DNA from: Mytilus trossulus
Lineage: Eukaryota
Assembly: GCF_036588685.1 (NCBI RefSeq)
Contig: NC_086378.1
Location: 55,986,001 to 56,050,000, forward strand
Length of the DNA stretch: 64,000 nucleotides
Reading direction: 5' to 3'
Under the pieces are notes generated by a model. It had not been told where the DNA came from, made no database searches, and saw only the letters and a list, made by a program, of their open reading frames with translations. Every line of letters starts with the position of its first letter. Positions within the stretch are counted from its first letter, which is position 1. Shown piece after piece: positions 24,191 through 36,920 of the stretch. The translations under genes were made by a program, and so were the position numbers.

Positions 24191-25473
24191 TATACATATT
24201 AAACTTTGGGCTCCTTATGCTATTTACGTATGCCAAATTTAATATGTACCACACAAGTTCTATAATTTCTCATTTTTTTATGATACACAACTAAATGCAA
24301 AAATATTAAATACATAATTTTAAAAACAAAATACAAAATCATCGATTCACTGCTATGAAGAGTTTATAACTTACAAGCTGAATTATAAATGATTAACGGT
24401 TAAGAAAATGTGTCGATTCGTACAATTCCGTATCCGACCGTTCTCCTTCATACTTACCCTTACTTCTATCGTAGCAAACCGCTGTTGCTCCGCATTCCAT
24501 ACGCCCCGATACTTGGCATTTCGCATAAAACCGTGTCATTTCCGTATCAAACTGTTAGAATCTGTATCACTCATATCGTTGAATGATCCCTTTCCTGCAT
24601 TAATCGTGGAAAAAACGTTAAAATTCGTAGTCACACCGTTCAGTCGTATCGAATGCGTATCGGACTACAGAAACTGCATTTCCGGGATCATCCGTGCGAT
24701 TTAGTCCGTAGTGGAACCGGCGAAGTGATCCGTAAATGTGTAACCTAAGCACACACTCAGAGCAAGAGAGTAATATGCTGACATTCATATAGATCTAGGT
24801 ATTAGTGTAGTTGGAAAGCTGTCTCTGTGACTAGTATCCCATATCTGTTTTTTGATACTTCTATTTTCAGTTTCCTGACGAACATGTTTATTATACGTAT
24901 AAAACTGTTAGCCGATAAAACAAGGCTCCAGTGACCCTTATTGTAATATTATTGCTTTTGTTGATATATTAGGAAAGAGTTGGGCTTTTATTAAATGCGC
25001 TTCTTGAATTAAACTTTTGTACAGACACTATAGACATTCAATTTGCGTACATTTAAATTAAAGATTTTTTTTGTCGACGCAATCAGTTTTCTATCCATTT
25101 GTACAATTTCAAATTTATCGGTAAAAATATGTAGTCAAAGAGTATGACCATTTACTTTCAAGATTTTTCATTATTCATTAACCTCATACTCATAAAATCA
25201 TCAATTACAAAATACTAAGATTTTTAAAGAAAGCTGTTCTTTTTGCATAACTATATTTAGGGACATCTCCGATATGTAAAGAAGGATGGAGAGAATTCAA
25301 CGGTCGCTGTTATTTCTTTTCAACTGACAAAAAGACCTGGCAGGAAGCGGAAGATTGCTAAACACTTTATTTTGAGTCAGTACAATGTGTTGTATGTATA
25401 GTGACTCTTACATACGTATACCCTTTGGTAGATTACTGTATCATTTGCTATCATATCACTTTTTTTATTAAAG

Positions 25474-25817
25474 CTTGGCATCTTAGTTGTCTTAGTGAAT
25501 AATTACTGTTTTTCTAACCTGTCAAATCTGGAGATAGTGACCGACTTCTATCTTAATAGACTGGAATGGTCGGTGGGTTCTATCGGAGCACTTCGTCTTT
25601 CACTACCAATAATAACTTACCGCCATGATATTTGCAATACATGTAGGTCCTTGGCATCTTAGTTGTCTTAGTAAATAACTACTGTTTCACCAGCCTGTCA
25701 ACCATGGAGATATTGGTCGACTTCTATCTTTATTGACTGGAATGGTGGTACCATCTGAGCACCTCGGCTTTACTACAAATAGAAACTTACCACCATGATA
25801 TTTTGCAATACATGTAG
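25474..25817 (+). repeat. 176-bp tandem duplication of a SINE-like fragment in a pseudogene intron
   Basis: cttggcatcttagttgtcttag starts at 25474 and again at 25650. The paralogous intron has a single related copy (~34200-34340). Confidence 0.75.
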
Positions 25818-28800
25818 TAGTGAATTTGACGTTAGATACCAACAACTTATAAATAACTTATATTCCTTATATTCTTATATATAAGTATGATAAGTTTGAC
25901 AGAAAACGAAATTTTTCTTTGTGTTGCCATTGATGTGCGTTATTCAAATTTGTTTAAAAGCATACAACTTACTATACATGAATGACTTTTCAAATTATTG
26001 AGATATATTGGGTTATATGACTGGTAGCACAACATGAATCACATTTATATAGCCCTTTGAAGTAGAAATTCAAATATGAATAAAACCCAAATCGTGAAGA
26101 AAGACGTTAAAGGACCCAGAATAACGCAATGTAAAACAATAAAAAAGGCCATGAATACATTCCATTTATTGCCAACAGGAAGCAACAACAAGTGCTTGAC
26201 TCCATTCTAATTACAGAGACACCGACAATATAAAAGCAATAATTGACATATATATAACATTACGTTAATAAATTATTATACTGTTTACTAAGTCTTGAGA
26301 ATTTGTTTTTTAACATAATTATTTCTATTTGTAGGTAGATTGTCGAAATATAGGAGGGTACCTTACACAAGTTACTGATTCTGCAAAAAATTCTTGGATT
26401 GTTTCTTTGATTACAAGTGAAAGTAAGTTTGTCATCTGTTTTCTTTTTAAAGCAACATGAGTTTCACAAGTTATGGATCATTCACGGTGTAATTGCTGCG
26501 TCGTTACCCGGAATTTTCTTATCCGACAATAAAACTAACGATGCATATTGGAATAATTTGTCATTTGGCTATATAAGCAATATAAACGAATATATTTTTT
26601 CATTATTTTTTTTTTAAATCTGACGTAAAACTGTAAAAAAAATAGTTATACTTGATATAAAATGAATCGTCTGATGTTAAATGTCTAATGTTTAATACAC
26701 ATATGCTTTGGGTAAAAATAATAATGAAAATGTTGTTTAAAAAATTCACATAAAGCCCTGTAGGGTTTACAAGAATTATTATCTATAAAATAATGATTAA
26801 CATATATTTTGATGCAATTGAAAAACATGTTTAATTTCAGTTTCGTTTTGGTGTGATTTATGTACACACAGTTTATTCAATTTAACTTCAACTTATTTGA
26901 GCTTGTGTTGTAAATGTTGGTGTAAACGAGTGCATCACATAAAACATTCAGTGTATATACAGTTGTGTTATATAGAACAATTTCTTGAATTTGGTCTTAA
27001 AAATACAGAAGTGATTAAGCAGGACTACTGGATGGGTGCAACCGATTTTACAGAGGGTGATTGGAGATGGGTGAATGATTTGACTAAAGTACAATTTACC
27101 AATTGGGACTCGGATCAACCTGATAATCATGAAGGCAAAGAGGACTGTGGTCATTTCGGGCTTGGACATAAACTTTAAATGGAATGACGCTAAATGCAGC
27201 AATATATATGGGTAGATTTATGAGAGTCCTCAGTTATGTGATCTCTGTATAATATTTGACTTACTATTATTTATTTCATATAAAGATCATTGTACAATAA
27301 GATTGATCACTTTAGCAGCAAATATCTATACGTAGTTGAATAGTATCTGAAGATGTGATAAAAAAAAGGGGCGAAAGATACCAGACGAACATAAATCGAA
27401 AATGAAATGACAACGACATGGCTAAAAATGAAAGAGACAAACGAAATAATAGTACGCAAGAAACAACACAGAAAACTAAAGACTGAGCAACACGAACCCC
27501 GCCAAAAACTAGGGGTGATATCAGGCGCTCCTGAAGGGTACGAATAATTGATCCTGTTCCACATGTGACACCGTTAAATGGTCAAAGATAAATCGCTGTG
27601 TTATCTTACGCATACAAATACAAAATATCAATTGGTAAATTTTATTAAAACAATGCATGTCCTTACAGTTGCAAATTTAATGTTGCAGATATGAGAATAA
27701 ATACTTAATTCATTTTATTTGGGTATTTTCTGTATACAATTTGATGAATGATTTTTTGTTACAAATACTTAATATCTTTTTGTATTATATTGTAGGGTTC
27801 TAATTGTCTTCCATAAGAGTGATATGTGTAGAAAATAGCGATATTCAACTAGTCGTGAAAGTGAAATAAAAATGGTTTTATTTTCAATATTTTGTATTTA
27901 TATATTAATATATATGAATGCATTTTTGTATAAACCCGTATCCTTTCAAAATCTTATAGTGTAAAATGTAGCGAGCGTTAGTTTTTGGTTTTCCAGATAG
28001 ATATTTGCGATCAACGTGGATTTTGTGTGTTGGGCTTTGGTTTGAAAGTGCACCTTTTTGTTGTTCTGTCCACTTGGAAATACAACTCTTAAAACAAACG
28101 TCAATAGAAATTACAAAGATGACACGGAGTATAGACCCAGGAACAAATGAAAGAAGACGTTAGAAAAAGATATGTCATGATTATTTATAGTTGTGTTGTA
28201 TATTTCTGTGGCGCTAATACGGGTGGGGTTCTATAGTTATATATAAGTCAGATACATCTTCAGTATATATCGAGGTGCTCACAGTAAATTGTAAGATGTG
28301 AAGTTACCTGATATCATAACTTTTCTGAGATTTTAAAATAGGAGACATATGTAAATAGACAGAGTTTTAGTAGTTTTAATTGTATGCCTGTTTTCCTGTT
28401 TTGTTTTGAACCTACACATGATCATGATGATCAAAAGGATACCATCTGCTCACTACAGCATCCCTATGATGTTCTGTAAATACTAATGCCCTTGTTTTCA
28501 TTGGTATTATTCTTCCGAGAATGGTCAAACTATATAGAATAGAAGAAAACATGTTGTTTTGTCACAAATATCAGGCTATTAGATAACCATTTCAGAAATT
28601 GCAAAAGGTTGTTTGAAACAACTTTTAGTTTACAGTATAACAAATTAATCCTAAAATTTTAAATGATGTTGTCATAAAAAAAAGTTGGTCGTGCAGTTAG
28701 TCGTAAACGATTTTAAACATTGTAATAAATTCCCTCACACGAATTGAGGTGTCTCTCTTTGACTCGAAATTTGAAAAAAAAACAATAAATAAAGGGCATA

Positions 28801-31800
28801 TATAATATCTGTATACTGTTTATTATGTTTTCAGCTCGGATTGCTGCAATATAAAGTCTACACAACAGTAGTTGGTAATCGTAAAAACTAAATTTCATGA
28901 TGTTAAAATGCTTGATGATGAGTGCAACAATTAACTGATTTTGAAATGCATTTGCTCTTTCTTAATATCGTGTCAAACAATTCTGAACACAGTAGGTTTC
29001 ACAAATCTGTATATGGTATTCGATACCCCATACTCGATTACTCTTTGACATCCCTTATTATATCTAAGATTATGTAACTTAAGCATTGTGGGTGTACCCA
29101 AACTACACCTTTTTTACTTTTATTTTGAAAGCTTTTATAATTTTGACAGTTTTTATATATGTCAACACGAAAAGACAAAAATTTCCTTTTTGTGTGTGTG
29201 TGTGTGTGTTTTTTTTGTTTTTTTTAGATGTATCCATATTTAGTTTAAAGTTTAATTCTAATCCATACTCAATTAGAGAAATATAGGTTTGAACCGAACC
29301 CAAAACGATGCATTTGTTTTTGTTTTAGTCTGTATGAGAAATTATAGTTCGTTGATACCTCTTTAGTATAATAATACCTTTATCTGTTCATCTGACATTT
29401 TTTTTTATCAATGTTTGAATTAATATTTTAGCATACAAATTGTGAAATCAACATGTGTCCTGATTTTCACAATTCGAATGATAAATTATTGCTGAGATTA
29501 TGCAAGCTTTTTTTACCAGCTTGTAGAAACAATATATAGAAGATGTGGTATAAGTAGCTATGAGACACTCTCCATCCATGTTGAAATTGGAAAAATTCAA
29601 ACAATTATAGGTCAAAGTACGGCCTTTAACACGGAGTTTGGGCTAACATTGACCAGCAACCTCTACAGAGTCCCAAACATGAGTAGTGAAAAAACATTTA
29701 TACAGGGAACCAACGGTCTAATCTGAATAAAAACGAGAAACAAGGTACACTTATCAACCACACCAACAACCGACAATCACTGCATAACAGGTTTCTTGTT
29801 CGATATTGAATATCAATAGCATTGAAACACAAAACCAACTATTTGAGCAATGCTGAGCTATTACCAAAAAGCTTTAGAGATGTATATTACAATCCTCTTA
29901 AACAGAATATTCCTCTGGATTTATTCCAATATAATTGTAATTCTATGGTATCGATCTACCCATATAACTTGCAACAGTTCCATGCCTACTTCAGTGTCAT
30001 TCAAGATTTCATTTCAATGGAATTCCTACTGATTTAAGAATGTTGTAAAACATTTACAGACAAACAAAATATAATACCAATGTTTTATTAATGAAAATTC
30101 TATAAGAAAATGTTATGGCATAAATAACTACTTTTATGAATGAATTTTATTTGTTTGGTGAATAATACTAGTAATCCATCTATAAAACATAGTGCAATTA
30201 TTACTACACATGAATTCAAACAAAACGTACGTCACAATATTCCTCCTACAATGTTATTTCATTTCTGGTCAATTACATTACAATACCAACAAACTGTACC
30301 AAATAATAGTAAAGTTGTAATTGTCACAAAATTAATAGTACAACTCCCTCACGCAAAGTTGCTTTAAGTTTGGATGAATATGATTTATCTTTAAGTTATA
30401 TTTGACTTTTAATTAGCTTTCAGTAACAGTTTTTGTGAGTAACCTGGTGTCGTAGTTTTTTTTGTTTTTGTCCTTTTCTTATGTCATTAAATTGGGAAAG
30501 GAAAAGGGGAATGTATCAAAGCAGCAACAACCCGACCATAGAGCAGACTACGTTAGTTTTTTTTTGTGCTTTGAACCAGTCTATTGAGACCAGCAACTTT
30601 TTTTAAAATTCATGTTTATGTTGCGGTTGGTATTCTTTCATTTATTTGTGTAGTATTTTATGTAACAAAGTGATGTCATTTAAGCGAACTTTGTTAAACA
30701 TTGCAATATAACCGGGAGGTTTGTCGTTCATAAAACCAGGTTCGACCACCATTTTTTCTTACGATATCCTGTATCAAGTAAGGGATATGTTAGTTGTTAT
30801 CAAATAGATGGTTTCAATCTATGTTGCATTGGCGTTTGTTTTTGTTGTATTTCAATGTTTCTGTTGCACCGTAGCGATGTTTAATTTTTATCAAATTATG
30901 AAAAAAGGATGGGAGTAAAAAGTTCCAGTTTAATGTCAGAAGTTTCAATGAATCTTAGGTAATTGACAAGACAAAACATGATTAGATACGGTTAAGTTTA
31001 TCACAATGTAATGCAAGTTCCTGTTATGGATACAAAAATTAAATATTTAGATAAACGACTTGGACTAGTAAGATTTTTTAGGAAATGATTATGAAACACC
31101 AATTTTCAAACGAATTAACGGTATTTTCTGGTAATATCAAAAAGATTAATTCGTTTTTTCTAAATTTAACACAAAAATAAAGTCGTATTTATTTTGACCT
31201 CATTATCAATTCAACAATATATACAAATGGCATAATCAAAAGCTCTAACACATTAAAATAATAAAAACAAAACTCCTATTTAATCTGTAAAGTTTCATTA
31301 TTTTTGTTTTCTTTCAAAAAGGTGGATAAATATACGGTGAACTGTTGTACAGCATAATGCTTTTTTTTCCTGTTTAGTTATGAAATATATCGCTTTAGAT
31401 CAGTGACAATCGCGTTTATCGCACCCAATAGATACACCGAATGTAAGGACGCCATGCAATGTCAGGTTTAATATAAGTTTTAATATCAAACTTAAAAGAA
31501 CAGAAAAACAATTCCGAACTCCTAGTACAACTCAATTACTTTTCAAGGAAATATCTAAAGAATTCTTCAAATGTCATAAACGCACATAGATTTTTAGGAC
31601 AATCCTTTGCCTTTCATGTCTAAAAGCACAATATTTGAAAGTTTATAGAATATATGAGAAGATTTTTTATGCTTAAGGATTATTTAAACTATTACTTATA
31701 TTTGGTTGTGCCAACCTCTTTCTGTACATGTCATAATCAGGAAATGATATTAAACCTATTATTTTTAGATTCTATAGCAGACTCAACCTTAAGGATGTTT

Positions 31801-31839
31801 TGTAAACAATTAAATAGATTGACGTCTTTATTCTTTTAT

Positions 31840-32235
31840 CCAGACCGTATGAGGATTTGGACCGTACGGGAACGGTATGGACCGTATGTGTACTTTTCAA
31901 AATATGCATACGTTCCAGACCGTACGCGTTCTTTCTGACTAAAATTAAGAAGTTGGTCAAGTAACTTGATCAGATATAAATGTATATAACAAATAAATAA
32001 AAAACTTGATATTTAAACTATTTAAAAAAAACCATGCTAATTTATTCTGTAAATATCTTGTTAATTGGCATCTCAGTATACATTAATCTTATTATGATCT
32101 CTGAAATTGAAGTTATCCGTTATAAGTTATAAGTACAATGTTAGAGTACAAGAGTTTAATAATATTTAGGGAGTTTACAAAAACGATACAAATGCAAAGG
32201 AACATGCATGAACAAAACGTGTAAATATCAAAACA
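31840..32235 (+). mobile_element. Degenerate copy of the 387-894 MITE (right TIR largely deleted)
   Basis: ccagaccgtatgaggatttggaccgtacg... and the internal sequence are collinear with 391-894. Confidence 0.75.
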
Positions 32236-33420
32236 TATATATACCGTTCCTTGTGTTAGCAAGTGTGTGTAACCTTGCGAGAGTACCAAAATATGATGCA
32301 GATATATGATGAAACAAATATTTAATTTCAATTGATCGCTTATTCATTTTATCTATTAAATTGTAATGATAACAGTTTGTAAACTTAAAAATACAGATTT
32401 TGATAAATATTTTTTTAAATATAACCTTTATTATCCCAAAACATGTATGGTATGCACATACTGGACAAATTCTATTGTCTATGTAAATTAATAAACAATG
32501 TTGTGTTTCAGATTGGCTTTTTTATGAATTTTTTGCCGATAAGCGAGACGTATCGCTGTGTCACTAGTTTCTTTAAAGTATCACAATTAATATTATCCTC
32601 ATCAGTACGATTATTCTTTTAGTATTGTTATGTTGTTGTTTGTTTTGAGAGTGGATTTTTTTTTGGAGGGTGTTTTACTTATTGTTAATATCATTATTTC
32701 ATTATTAACAGATGGAAGAATAATGAATCGCTTTTGCAACATGCAGTTATGTGATACTCCGAACAAAGTGACTAATTGCAACTAGACATGAAAGGTCATA
32801 ATTCTCATATTAATTCTCTGAAATGCATTAAAAATAGATACTTCAAACTCTCATAGATACCTGTACAATCAACAGAACTGACGGAATCCATAGGAAAAGA
32901 AAACAGGTTTGTTGCTTTTGTAATTTCAACTTTCATGGGACATTTTCAACCTGTCTAGAACTCACAACTTTTGTTTTACAATGTACTTGATCTGAATTTA
33001 CAGGCTTTGCATTCATAAAATAAACCACTTCCAAATATCCTATTAGAATTATTTTTATTTTAATGCTTTGGGGGGGGGGGGTATGGGGTTATATTGTCAT
33101 ATATGCAAGAAACATTAAATTTCACTCTATATCCGTTAATTTTAGTATCAATTATACTTTGCTTAAATCTTTTTTCCATAATGCCTTTTTATTCGTTTGA
33201 TTGTCAATTCTTGTTTTCGTGTTTAACTTTTTTTATTGTTTACCATACCAATATTTATTCATTTTTATATATACAAAGAGGGCAACTGGCTGAAAAGGTT
33301 TTCTCCTTTTTATTCTGATGGTTGATAACTTTGAAAGGTATCGTAAACCTTTTTTTTTCACTTGTTTTATCCAGAAACATGTAAATATCGTTAATCTTAC
33401 TTTTGATGATTTATTTGAAG

Positions 33421-33553
33421 ATGCTTTCTCCATTAATTGTAATATTGTGCTGTATATTGGTTGTGAAATCTGAACCATGCCTGGGTATCCAAGAAAATGC
33501 AATGTTATCTGGTATAAAAGCCTCCATAAAAACATTAGAAGAAAAGTTGGACG
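33421..33553 (+). CDS. C-type lectin exon 1 (signal peptide and neck)
   Basis: MLSPLIVILCCILVVKSEPCLGIQENAMLSGIKASIKTLEEKLD; donor G|gtaag. Confidence 0.85.
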
Positions 33554-36166
33554 GTAAGAAACCAATTAGTTTATTATATACAGTTTAAGGCGACATAACT
33601 AAAAACAAACTGCGAGTCGATAGAACAAGGCTCAAGTGACACCAATTGTAATATTGTTGCATTTTTTGATATATTAGCAAATTCTTAAATGGAACTTTCA
33701 TAATGACTTTAAAAAAATCTGCCAAATGAATAGACATTCAATATGCGTACATTTAAATCCAAGATAGTTTTTTTTTGGCGATGATATCCGCTACAACAAT
33801 TGTAGAATTGTTTTAAAAATAGTTGCCAAAAATTTTAAAGTTTATCAATATGCACTTTAGTCTTAAATTAAAGACTTAAGCTCATAAAATCATCAATTTC
33901 ACAATACTGTATAGATCCCGAAAACCTCGTTCATTTATTTATATGCAGGAAAATCCCCGAAATGTAGCGCAGGATGGAATGATTTTAAAGACCGCTGTTA
34001 TTTCTTTGCCACTGACAAAAAGCCGTGGCATGAAGCAGAAGTACGTACTAAATACTTTATTTTGAATAAAAAGAAATAATAGATAGAACGGCACATATAC
34101 AAATATATTTAGTGAAACTCAATAAGGTGTATAGTGACTTATATAATAATTATATAATAACTACTGTATGATTTTTATGTCAACACTGAAAATAATGATT
34201 TACATCAATCTTAATTGACTATAATAGTCAGTTGTAATGCCGAAGGTCATTGGCTAAATCGGGCACTTCCTCTACCAAACCAAAACTGACTGTCACGATA
34301 TATGCAACAGTATTGAAAGAAACGCTAAATATTTACAACCAGTAAATCAATTATATTTACTTGTCTCCTTAAAAATGACTTTTTTGGAAAACAAAATTTG
34401 TATTTCCATTGCCGGTGATGTGACGTAATCATATTTGTTTTAAAGCATACAACATAACATAAATGCAGTTTCTCACATAAACATATTGGTTTTTACGACT
34501 GCACTGGTAAAGCCACATGACTAACATGTATATAGTCCTTTGAAATTAAATCAAAATGTGTATAATATTTTGAAGCATAACATAAGATTTACTGTTTACT
34601 TTAATATTTGTTTTCAACATAGTTATTTTTGTTTGTAGGTAGAGTGTCGAAATCTAGGAGGGTACCTTACACAAGTAACTGATTCTGCAGAAAATTCCTG
34701 GATTGTTTCCATGATTACTAGTAAAAGTAAGTTTTTCATCTTATTTTCTTTTTCTGTTTAAAGAATACTAAGTTTTACACGCGATGGATCACATACGAAG
34801 TTATAGATGTGTGCCTCCTCGTGTACTTCTCTCACCAGGAAGTAAAAGTAATGATTATTTAATATAATATCTCACTTGACTTTAAAAAACAAAAAACATT
34901 TATTAGAAAAAGAAAAAAGTCCTTTTTGCTTTTGTTCTGCTTATTACCATTATTTGTTTTCACCCACCTATGTTTTTCTGATGCATTGACTTTTAGTATA
35001 TGATATCGATCAGTTTATATATGACCGCTTAACCGAACAATTTTCTGTGTAAGAATTTTCTCACAAAGTAAACATGGTTTTTCTCGTGTCCACTACTACT
35101 TCTGAAATGAAATTAAATCTATTACAGCAAATGAATTCAATTGTTGTCTACAGCAAATGAATTCAATTGTTGTCTTTGTAATTTCCCATTGTAATTATCA
35201 ATGTATTGAAGTTGAATGCATTTTACAGAAGTGATTCAACAGAACTACTGGATTGGGGCAACAGATTTTACAGAGGGTGATTGGAGATGGGTGAATGATC
35301 TGTCTAAAGTACAATTTACCAGTTGGAGCTCGGGTCAACCTGATAATCATCAAGGCAAGGAGGACTGTGCTCATCTCAGGCATACACATAACTATAAATG
35401 GAATGACCATGAGTGCAGCAAAATATTTGGGTATATTTGCGAGAGTCCTCAGGTATTTGATATGTAATTGTCCTTGCATTATATTTGACTCAATATTATT
35501 CATTTTATCTAAAGAGCATTGTACTAAACATGCTAAAAGGTAACTCAATATAGAAGCGAACCTTTATACTTATTTAAAAAGTACTTGTAGTTGCGTCAAC
35601 TGATCAACGATAAATCGTACGTTGTAAATTGCTGTGTTATTTAACGTATCCTAAAAAAAATATCGATGGGTTAATTCTTTATAAAATTTCATGCTAAAAT
35701 AGCTACCATTAGATTTTAATGGGGCTAGAAGAAAAAAAAGTTGCATATTTTAGTGGTGATCTCAGACCTGCATTTTTATTTTTCACTTTATTCGGTGTTG
35801 CATTTTTAAATTATTCATCCTGATATGCTTTACATTAATTGTCATCCTGCATTTTTCGTTTTTTCCAAGTTGCTCATACTGCTTTATTTTTTTAACTTAA
35901 AACCCCTGCCCTGCTTTTTTTTAAATTTCATTTTCTCACAATCTGTCCACCCACCCCCATTCCCCATACAAATAAAATCGAATCTTTCTTACAGCTGCAA
36001 ATTAAAAGTTGCAGATATAAGAATACATATCATTCCATTTGGGTATTTTTCTGTATAAAATTTGATGAAACTATTTTTCTTAATGCTTAAACTTTATTTT
36101 ATATTGTAGGGTTCTAATTGTCTTCCATACTCAAGATTGTTAAAGAGTGCTGTCAGTGGAAAATAG
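33421..36166 (+). CDS. Secreted single-domain C-type lectin (perlucin-like), QPD/WND motifs, ~197 aa
   Basis: join(33421..33553,33949..34040,34639..34726,35229..35452,36110..36166) = 594 nt, all GT-AG and in phase. Signal peptide MLSPLIVILCCILVVKS, short helical neck, CSAGW...RCYFF, W.EA..C, YWIGA, WRW, GQPDN, EDC, WND..C, YICE. An alternative in-frame ATG lies at 33406. Confidence 0.92.
33949..34040 (+). CDS. C-type lectin exon 2
   Basis: KSPKCSAGWNDFKDRCYFFATDKKPWHEAE; acceptor atgcag| and donor |gtacgt. Confidence 0.92.
34639..34726 (+). CDS. C-type lectin exon 3
   Basis: VECRNLGGYLTQVTDSAENSWIVSMITSK; acceptor ttgtag| and donor |gtaagt. Confidence 0.92.
35229..35452 (+). CDS. C-type lectin exon 4 (carbohydrate-recognition motifs)
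   Basis: NYWIGATDFTEGDWRW...GQPDNHQGKEDCAH...KWNDHECSKIFGYICESPQ; acceptor ttacag| and donor CAG|gtattt. Confidence 0.94.
35697..35990. mobile_element. Degenerate MITE in lectin intron 4, absent from the paralogous intron
   Basis: Flanks ttcatgc...cttacagctgcaaatt are contiguous in the other copy (~27655-27678). It has imperfect inverted ends (agattttaatgggg / ccccatacaaataaaat). Confidence 0.5.
36110..36166 (+). CDS. C-type lectin terminal exon 5 (GSNCLPYSRLLKSAVSGK*)
   Basis: Acceptor attgtag|. GSNCLP and the acceptor are conserved in the paralogue at 27796. Confidence 0.75.
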   Translation, partial: GSNCLPYSRLLKSAVSGK

Positions 36167-36687
36167 CAAAATGCAACCTAGCTGTCCGAATTCGATAGTA
36201 TTTGTTGTTATGCTAGTTAGTTATTTGTGGAAAATTGACTTTTGGTTTTACAGCTAGCTATTTGCGATCAATGTAGATTTTTTGTGTTAGGCTTCGATTT
36301 GAAGTAGTGAATTTGCACTAATTTGATGTTTTGTCCAATTTACTTATAGGGGTCTGACGTCAGCCTCTTCAACGGCAATTTTGTCTCTATCCAAGATGCC
36401 CTAATTTTCTTCGTCCTTCCGCTCTATCAATACACTTTGAAAAACTGTCTTATTTTATTTTATTTTATTTCTCCTCCTAAATCCGCATTTAGATATATAT
36501 TTGTCACTGGACGTTAAGCAAACCCACCCAATGAAATTAAGAAACAGATATATTTTGAGCTTAAACTAGCCCTGTAGTTATCTAGTTTGATTTGTTTTGC
36601 ATTGCCATTCGGGACCTTTTTACTCTTCGGTAACTGTCTTGCTCATTGTTGAAGGTCGTACGGGTTACTATAGTTGCTTAAATATAA

Positions 36688-36920
36688 GCCGATTGGTCTA
36701 AGTAGTTACTGCTGTAATCACTAGCCAGTTAACACTGAGGTTGTTAGTTGGAACCCTGTTCGTGCTGGTGCACACGACCCGATTTTAATTGACTTGAATT
36801 GACAGTTTTCCTATCGAAGGCAGATGGTCTTCAGGCACTTCGGCTTCCTCCACCAACAAAAACTGTCCGTCACGAAATACCATTAGGTCGATGCTCAAAG
36901 TGGTATTAAAACACCAAAGA
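36688..36920 (+). mobile_element. tRNA-derived SINE (family unresolved)
   Basis: A-box-like tggtctaag and B-box-like gttggaaccc. Central ggcacttcggcttcctccacc block and 3' aagtggtattaaaacacca resemble mollusc SINEs. Confidence 0.5.

Larger units (their letters stand above)
23380..27816 (+). pseudogene. C-type lectin (perlucin-like) pseudogene, tandem paralogue of 33421-36166
   Basis: Exon relics at 25261-25352, 26335-26422, 27009-27233 and 27796-27816. Donors are lost at 25353 (GA) and 27234 (TT). There is a +1 frameshift near 27170, TAG at 27213-27215, and loss of the last CTLD Cys. The signal-peptide exon is mostly missing, although its upstream flank survives at ~23380-23490. Confidence 0.88.

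Noticed and set aside
26897-27178. 93-aa ORF as a functional lectin
   Set aside because: Only 27009 onward is exon-derived, and it ends at a frameshift-induced stop before WND. It is part of the pseudogene.
35198-35548. Antisense and alternative-frame ORFs over lectin and caspase exons (also 12588-12818, 17824-18141, 26948-27202)
   Set aside because: These are shadow ORFs of real + strand exons.
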